Origin: Acidobacteriota bacterium
Lineage (GTDB): Bacteria > Acidobacteriota > UBA6911 > RPQK01 > JAJDTT01
DNA: 64,000 bases
Assembly (NCBI GenBank): GCA_965209055.1
Contig: OZ242374.1
Span: 5,696,001-5,760,000 of the forward strand
Reading direction: 5' to 3'
Shown: positions 57,960-64,000 of the stretch, piece by piece
Numbering within the stretch: the stretch's first letter is position 1
How the letters are laid out: every line of letters starts with the position of its first letter
Translations under genes and position numbers: made by a program
The notes under the pieces: generated by a model
Told to the model about the DNA's origin: nothing
Databases searched by the model: none
What the model saw: the letters and a program-made list of their open reading frames with translations, nothing else

Positions 57960-59480
57960 TCAGGCCGCTTTCTCGGCCAGAAAACGCTCCTTGAACTCGG
58001 AAATGGCTGCGTTCATCTTCTGGGACAACTCGTCGTCCAGGGCCCCCTTGTCCAGGATCTCCTGCAAGACGCTGGCCTTGTTGGTATCCATGAAGCGGTA
58101 GAGACCGGCTTCGAAGTCGCCGAGATCCGTCACTTCCAAGTCGTCCAAGTGCCCTTGCGTGCCCGCAAATATGATCAGGATTTGTTTCTCCACGGCCAGT
58201 GGCGCGTACTGGGGTTGCTTCAGAAGCTCGGTCAGGCGCACGCCCCGGGCCAATTGCCGCTGCGAAGTCGGATCCAGGTCCGATCCGAACTGGGCAAAAG
58301 CCGCCAGCTCCCGGTACTGCGCCAAATCGAGGCGAAGGGTGCCGGCGATCTGCTTCATGGCCTTCATCTGGGCCGATCCTCCCACCCGGCTCACCGAGAC
58401 CCCCACACTGATGGCGGGACGGACCCCGGAATAGAACAGATCCGTCTCCAGGTAAATCTGGCCATCGGTGATGGAAATGACGTTGGTGGGAATGTAAGCG
58501 GAGATGTCTCCCGCCTGGGTCTCGATCACGGGCAACGCCGTCAGGCTGCCGCCTCCCCGTTCGTCGCTCAGCTTGGCGGCGCGCTCCAACAGGCGGCTGT
58601 GGAGATAGAAGACGTCCCCCGGGAACGCCTCGCGCCCCGGCGGCCGCCTCATGAGCAGGGAAATCTCCCGGTACGAGGCTGCGTGCTTGGACAGGTCGTC
58701 GTAGATGATGAGCGCATGCTGGCCCCGGTCCCGAAAGTATTCGCCGATGGCGCAGCCGGAATAGGGCGACAGATACTGCATGGTGGCTGGATCCGATGAC
58801 GAGGCCGAGATCACCACGCAGCGGTCCATGACGCCCGCATCCTCCAGAGTCTTGACCACCTGGGCCACGGTGGAACGCTTCTGGCCGATGGCCACGTAGA
58901 TGGAGATGACCCCCGAGTCCCGCTGGTTGATGATGGAGTCGATGGCGACGGCGGTCTTTCCCGTCTGACGGTCGCCGATGATCAGCTCCCGCTGTCCGCG
59001 CCCGATGGGGATCATGGAGTCGATGGCCTTCAGCCCGGTCTGCAACGGCTCGGCCACCGGTTGCCGGTCCACGACACCGGGCGCCAGACGCTCGACGGGC
59101 ATGTTGGCGTCGGTGGCGATGGGTCCCTTGCCGTCCTCGGGCCGGCCCAGGGCGTCCACGACCCGCCCCAACATGGCTTGTCCGGCGGGAACCTGCATGA
59201 TGCGGCCGGTCCGCTTCACCTGGTCTCCCTCCTTCACCTGATGAAATTCACCGAACAGCACGGCGCCCACGTTGTCCTCCTCCAGATTGAAGGCCAAGCC
59301 GTAAACGTCGTTGGGAAACTCCACCAGTTCCAGGGCCATGACCTTGTCCAAGCCGTGAACCCGGGCAATTCCGTCACCTGCCGAGAGGACGGTTCCCACC
59401 TCGCTGACCACCAGTCCCGTGTGGTAGTCCTGGATCTGACTTCTAATGATCTGACTGATCTCGTCCGCCTTGATCGCCAT
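57960..59480 (-). CDS. atpA: ATP synthase F1 alpha subunit
   Basis: [45 protein letters not shown]. Confidence 0.99.
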   Translation of the reverse strand: MAIKADEISQIIRSQIQDYHTGLVVSEVGTVLSAGDGIARVHGLDKVMALELVEFPNDVYGLAFNLEEDNVGAVLFGEFHQVKEGDQVKRTGRIMQVPAGQAMLGRVVDALGRPEDGKGPIATDANMPVERLAPGVVDRQPVAEPLQTGLKAIDSMIPIGRGQRELIIGDRQTGKTAVAIDSIINQRDSGVISIYVAIGQKRSTVAQVVKTLEDAGVMDRCVVISASSSDPATMQYLSPYSGCAIGEYFRDRGQHALIIYDDLSKHAASYREISLLMRRPPGREAFPGDVFYLHSRLLERAAKLSDERGGGSLTALPVIETQAGDISAYIPTNVISITDGQIYLETDLFYSGVRPAISVGVSVSRVGGSAQMKAMKQIAGTLRLDLAQYRELAAFAQFGSDLDPTSQRQLARGVRLTELLKQPQYAPLAVEKQILIIFAGTQGHLDDLEVTDLGDFEAGLYRFMDTNKASVLQEILDKGALDDELSQKMNAAISEFKERFLAEKAA

Positions 59481-59567
59481 TTGTCTCTTCCTCTTGACCT
59501 GTCAATTCCGTCGAATCCCGATCCGGGAACGGCAGTCCGGCGCCGTGGCGCCGTTCACTCCAGCCGG

Positions 59568-60107
59568 CTATTCCTGGCCGATCCGCCGCCGGACCTCCTC
59601 CAACTGCGTCCGGATGGAGCCATCGTAGATAACGGATCCGACCTGGATCCTGAGCCCGCCGATGAGGGACTCGTCCTCCTCATAGGAAAGACGAACCCGG
59701 GCCCGTGAAATTTCCGAAAGAACTTCGGTGAGGCGACTCCGAACCTCCGAGTCCAAACCCCTCGCCGAGGTCACCACACCCCGGACGACGCCGGCCCGCT
59801 GGTCCATGGCCTCCGTGTAAGCCTCGACGTACTCGCCGTATTCCCCGATTCGACCGTTCTCAAGCAGCACCAGAATGAAGTTGACCGTGATGCCGACCAG
59901 GGAGAGCCGGCCCGCCAACTCCTCTGTGATCCTGCGCTTGGGAGCGAAGGGAATGGCCGGATTCATCAACGTCTCCACCAACTCGGGTGAAGCCTGCAGA
60001 GCCGCGCCAAACGAGTCCAGGTCTTCCTGGACCCGCGTCTCACGGCCCTCCTGAACGGCCACTTCGGCCAGGGCCCGAGCGTACCTGCGTGCCCGTGACG
60101 AAGCCAT
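59568..60107 (-). CDS. atpH: ATP synthase F1 delta subunit
   Basis: ARRYARAL, V.SA, DESLIGG..IQVGS..YDGSIR.QL. Confidence 0.97.
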   Translation of the reverse strand: MASSRARRYARALAEVAVQEGRETRVQEDLDSFGAALQASPELVETLMNPAIPFAPKRRITEELAGRLSLVGITVNFILVLLENGRIGEYGEYVEAYTEAMDQRAGVVRGVVTSARGLDSEVRSRLTEVLSEISRARVRLSYEEDESLIGGLRIQVGSVIYDGSIRTQLEEVRRRIGQE

Positions 60108-60128
60108 AGTCGGTTCCTTCCAACTTGC

Positions 60129-60710
60129 TCAGTTTCGGCTGTCGAGGTGCTCGACGGCCCGGCCCACGACCCGGGCGTCCTCTTCAGCCGTCAGCTCCTG
60201 ACTCAACCTCTGCCGGGCCAGGCCCACCGCCAGATCGGCGGCGTGGGACCGGATTTCGTTCCGGGCCACGCGAGTCAGCAACTGGATCTCCGTTTCCGCT
60301 CGCCGGGTCAGGCGGTCCACATCCCGTTGGCTCCGTGCCAACACGCGCTGCCGCTCCAACTCCGATTCCTCGATCGTGGTCTGCCTCATGCCGGCCAGTT
60401 CATCGTCGAGCCCCTCGATCTGCCCCTTGACCGTCGACAGCCGCTCTTCGGCCTCCTGCAAGGCTTGTCCCGCCGAGCTGATATTTTCCTCAATGCCACG
60501 CTTGCGGTCGACCAGAAACTGCCGCAGCGGAGCTCGTAGAAAGTAGACGATGATGCCCACCAGGACGGCGAGATTAAACCACCGGCCGGCGGTCTCGATC
60601 CAGCCCCAGCCGCTCCCTCCCGAGGCAGCGATCATGAGGGGCGCCGCCACCAGCAGCGCCAACCAGAGTCGCCCGTATCGCCGGCGCGAACCCTTTTCCC
60701 CTGTTCCCAT
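60129..60710 (-). CDS. atpF: ATP synthase F0 subunit b
   Basis: RWFNLAVLVGIIVYFLRAPLRQFL.DR..I followed by coiled coil; position upstream of atpH. Start uncertain. Confidence 0.9.
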   Translation of the reverse strand: MGTGEKGSRRRYGRLWLALLVAAPLMIAASGGSGWGWIETAGRWFNLAVLVGIIVYFLRAPLRQFLVDRKRGIEENISSAGQALQEAEERLSTVKGQIEGLDDELAGMRQTTIEESELERQRVLARSQRDVDRLTRRAETEIQLLTRVARNEIRSHAADLAVGLARQRLSQELTAEEDARVVGRAVEHLDSRN

Positions 60711-60905
60711 GGAGGCTTCCGCCTGATCGTTCACGTTTTTTCGGTTCTCATCGGCCGGTAGCGGCTGATCCAACGGCGTTCAGGCGGCAACCGATAGCAT
60801 CCGGCTGTGTCGTCAAGCCTGAATTCCGGACCCGAGCTTGTACTCGGGTTGCTGTTCACCCTCCGGAAATTTCGGGAAAAGAAAACCGGGGAGGGCCGGC
60901 AGCCC

Positions 60906-61328
60906 TCAGGCCCGGTCCAGAATCCTGTCGGCCAGGATTCGCGCGGTCTCCCCGGCTTCGCGACTCAGATGCCGCTTGGCCGAGTCCAGATCCGCTTCGA
61001 TCTCACTCCTCGCGTTCGCCAGCATGGTCTCGGCCCGTTGGCGCGCTTGCGCAACTCGGTTGTTTCCCTCTTTCAGCGCGTCGGCTCGAACCGATTCCGC
61101 CAGCTTGTATCCCGCCTGCCTCTCCTCTGCCAGCTTCTGTTGGTATTCTTCGTGGAGAATCTGATGTTCATCCAGAATCTCCTGGACTCGACCGCTCACC
61201 TGGGTTGTCCGGGCCTGCCGTTCGGCCAGGACCTCGAAAAGGGGGCGAAAGAGCACCCGGTTGAGAATGAAAAGAGTGGTTAAAAATATGGCCGCCGCAA
61301 CCGGCAGCGTCCAATCTGGTGTCAGCAA
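60906..61328 (-). CDS. atpF: ATP synthase F0 subunit b'
   Basis: PDWTL..AAIFL....ILNRVLFRPL..VL.ER followed by coiled coil. Likely TTG start at 61328 after GGGAG; the ORF extends to 61370. Confidence 0.9.
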   Translation of the reverse strand: MLTPDWTLPVAAAIFLTTLFILNRVLFRPLFEVLAERQARTTQVSGRVQEILDEHQILHEEYQQKLAEERQAGYKLAESVRADALKEGNNRVAQARQRAETMLANARSEIEADLDSAKRHLSREAGETARILADRILDRA

Positions 61329-61448
61329 GGTTCTCCCACTCCCGTCTCTAGACGGGGCATCTTCTAACATGATCGTCCGACGCAGGTCAAGGAATCCGGG
61401 GCGAGCCCTCGCCAGCCAGTCGGCCCACGAGGAGGATGGTTACGGCAA

Positions 61449-64000
61449 ATGATCGCGCGTTTTATCCCGGTTGTCGTTCTCCTGTTTTCCTTTCCGGGAC
61501 TGGCCCAGAACCGGGCGACCACCGCCGAGATCACGGGCCTGCTCGAAGATACGACCGGCGGCGTCCTGCCCGGCGCCACCGTGACCGCCGTCAGTCCGGA
61601 CAACGGCCTGACCCGCGCCGCCGTCTCCGGCCCCATGGGGTCCTACAGCATCATGCTGTTGCCGCCCGGCCGGTATGACATCCGCGCTGAGCTACCCGGA
61701 TTCCGCGCCGTGCGTCTCGACGACGTGACGATCACCGTGGGCGCCCGCCGGACCATCAGTTTCACCCTCGCTCCTGCCGGTGTCGCGGAGGATGTCACGG
61801 TGACCGCAAGGACCTCCGCCGTCGAAACCACTACGGACACGTCCGACGTGACGCTCGACCGCCAGGCCATCGCGAACCTGCCCATCAACGGCCGGCGCTT
61901 CCACGATTTCGTCTCCCTGACTCCGACCGCCCAGGTCGAACCGCAGCGCGGCCAGATCTCGCTGGCGGGACAACGCGGCATCAACGGCAATGTCAGCATC
62001 GACGGCGCCGACTACAACCAGCCGTTCTTCGGCGGCATCCGGGGCGGAGAACGTTCGCAGTTCACGTTTACGATTCCCCAGGAGGCGATCCGCGAGTTCC
62101 GGGTGGTCAAGGCCGGCTACTCGCCCGAGTTCGGCCGGTCGACCGGCGGGCTCGTCAACGCCATTACCGAGTCGGGCACGAACGCAACCCACGGGTTGGC
62201 CTTCTATCTCCTGCGGCCCGAGCAACTCGCGTTGCAAAACGCGTTCGGCCAGGACGCGGCGCCGACGCAGCACCAGTTCGGCGGCTCCCTGGGCGGCCCG
62301 CTTGTCCGAGACCGGGCGTTCTATTTCGTCGCCTACGAACAGCAGGAGTTCAAGGCGGGGCGCGAGGTGCGTTTCACCCGGCTCTCCGGCTTCTCGCCCA
62401 CGGCGGCCAGCCGCGAAGGGTATGACCACTATCGTGGCCTCGAGACGCCTTTCGACGTGACCAACGACGCCAAAGCCTGGCTGGCCCGGTTCGACTTCGA
62501 CCTGGCGCGCGGGAATCGCTTCAACGTCCGCTACAACGGCAGCACGAACCGGGCGCTCAATTCAGACGGCGTCGGGGGCGTCATCGTTCCGACCACCCAC
62601 CGCTCGCTCGAAACCAACGGCACGGAGGAGAATTCGACGCAGACTGCGGTCGGCCAGTTCACCGGCGCGCCGTCATCCAACCTCCTCTTCGAACTGCGCG
62701 GGCAATATTCGCGGGAGGACCGGCCGCGCTCGGCCAATGCCCTCAAACCGCTCGTCGATCTGTCGCTCGGGGAATTCGGCACCCGCAGTTTCCGCCCCAC
62801 GACGCAGTACGACTGGCGTGCGCAGGCAGGCGGCAACGTGACGTGGCTCGCCGGCTCGCACGGGGTGAAGGCAGGATTCGACGTCAACCACGTCTTCATC
62901 GACCAGATATTCGGCTTCTTCCAGAACGGCGGCTATCTCGTCTTCGGCTCGGACGTCGAGACCACACTGGACATCATCGGCGTCGGCGGCGCCATCCCCA
63001 ACCGATTCGACTCGCGCTCATTGATCTACGTTCAGCAGATCGGAAACCTGAAAACCTCGTTCGCGACCGACGAGGTCGGACTCTTCGTGCAGGACGAGTG
63101 GCGCGTGGCGCCCACACTGACGGTCAACTACGGACTTCGCTGGGACGCACAACTCAATCCGGCCCCCGACGCCGACAACCGGATCCTGCTCGATCAACTG
63201 GGCGGCGTCAGGTTCCCCATCGACCGCACCGTCGACCCGTCGACGATCCCGAGCAGCCGTCAGCAGTTCGGTCCCCGGGCCGGCTTCGCGTGGGACCCCA
63301 CCGGCGGCGCGAAGACTGTGGTTCGGGGGTTCACCGGCATCTACTACGCGCGGACCCCGTTGCTGCTCCTGTCCGGTCCGGTGAACAACTTCCGCGTGCC
63401 GCCGGGTGACGTGACGGTGGCCCTGCCGTTTCGCGTCCCTCCGGGGAATCCGAATGACACCCTGTACGAGCAGATGAATCTGATCGGGATCGACCTCAAC
63501 GAGCGGACCCTCGACAACCTGCCGACGCTCACCCCGGACCAGATGTCGGCCATCGCCACCGCGCTCGGAATCGAGAACAACCCGTTCGCCGGCGCCCGCC
63601 TCACCCTGATGGACCGGGACTTCAGGAACCCCATGGCGAGGCAGCTTGGCGCCGGCGTCGAGCACGAGATCAGTCCCGGCTGGTCGCTGGGCGCCGACCT
63701 GCTCGTCGTCGACACGATTCACCTGCAACGCAACCGGGACCTCAACGTGCCGTTGCCGGCCGTGAGGCGCGACGATCCGGCGCAACGTCCATTCTTCGGC
63801 CTGCGGAGCGGAACGGCGCGGCCGGTGCCGGGACTCGACAGCGTGACGGTCCGCGAGTCGACGGCGTCGGCGCTTTACCGCGCGCTGACGGTCCGCTCGG
63901 AGATCCGCCGCTCCTGGGGACAATTCAGCGCCTACTACGTGTTGTCCAAAAACGAGTCCAACGACGACAACGAACGGTCGGCGAGCGGAGTGTCCTACGA
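61449..64000 (+). CDS. TonB-dependent receptor, Oar-like (3' truncated by window edge; absent from ORF track)
   Basis: GAGGAGG then ATG 61449: MIARFIPVVVLLFSFPGLAQ..GGVLPGATV..LPPGRY..NLPINGRRF..SIDGADYNQPFFGG..EAIREF..YSPEFGRSTGG..QDEW..LTVNYGLRW..GPRAGFAWD. In-order motifs suggest the frame stays open to the end. Confidence 0.93.
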   Translation, partial: MIARFIPVVVLLFSFPGLAQNRATTAEITGLLEDTTGGVLPGATVTAVSPDNGLTRAAVSGPMGSYSIMLLPPGRYDIRAELPGFRAVRLDDVTITVGARRTISFTLAPAGVAEDVTVTARTSAVETTTDTSDVTLDRQAIANLPINGRRFHDFVSLTPTAQVEPQRGQISLAGQRGINGNVSIDGADYNQPFFGGIRGGERSQFTFTIPQEAIREFRVVKAGYSPEFGRSTGGLVNAITESGTNATHGLAFYLLRPEQLALQNAFGQDAAPTQHQFGGSLGGPLVRDRAFYFVAYEQQEFKAGREVRFTRLSGFSPTAASREGYDHYRGLETPFDVTNDAKAWLARFDFDLARGNRFNVRYNGSTNRALNSDGVGGVIVPTTHRSLETNGTEENSTQTAVGQFTGAPSSNLLFELRGQYSREDRPRSANALKPLVDLSLGEFGTRSFRPTTQYDWRAQAGGNVTWLAGSHGVKAGFDVNHVFIDQIFGFFQNGGYLVFGSDVETTLDIIGVGGAIPNRFDSRSLIYVQQIGNLKTSFATDEVGLFVQDEWRVAPTLTVNYGLRWDAQLNPAPDADNRILLDQLGGVRFPIDRTVDPSTIPSSRQQFGPRAGFAWDPTGGAKTVVRGFTGIYYARTPLLLLSGPVNNFRVPPGDVTVALPFRVPPGNPNDTLYEQMNLIGIDLNERTLDNLPTLTPDQMSAIATALGIENNPFAGARLTLMDRDFRNPMARQLGAGVEHEISPGWSLGADLLVVDTIHLQRNRDLNVPLPAVRRDDPAQRPFFGLRSGTARPVPGLDSVTVRESTASALYRALTVRSEIRRSWGQFSAYYVLSKNESNDDNERSASGVSY

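Overview
GC-rich bacterial DNA, most likely Acidobacteriota. This is inferred from a GWxTD protein, two Oar-type carboxypeptidase-regulatory/TonB-dependent receptors, and an atpF'-F-H-A-G-D-C operon without atpB/atpE. The gene mix resembles marine sponge-symbiont genomes (inference). Bases 1-55,000 are accessory. They hold a PafB/PafC-like WYL pair followed by a Cu/Zn-SOD homologue that has lost most metal ligands, and a Phd-VapC toxin-antitoxin module preceded by an internally deleted ghost copy. Most of the region is a periplasmic catabolic arsenal: four sulfatases, two tandem Tat-exported Gfo/Idh/MocA dehydrogenases, a GH109, a DUF1080 protein, BNR/sialidase-like proteins, a propeller-PHP fusion, hydrolases, a racemase, a Rieske oxygenase, and six paralogues (plus one remnant) of one uncharacterised ~500-aa secreted propeller + beta-sandwich family. 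It also contains an eroded IS-scarred patch with an Ig/PKD surface protein, and an RND system whose TolC is fused to a periplasmic binding-protein-like domain. tRNA-Gln(CTG) and the ATP synthase operon follow, then a TonB receptor that runs off the window end. The best candidate for an undescribed system is the six-member propeller family, including a subfamily with an HMExCxHxRC motif, embedded among sulfatases and redox glycosidases. All assignments are by eye from motifs; no database searches were run.
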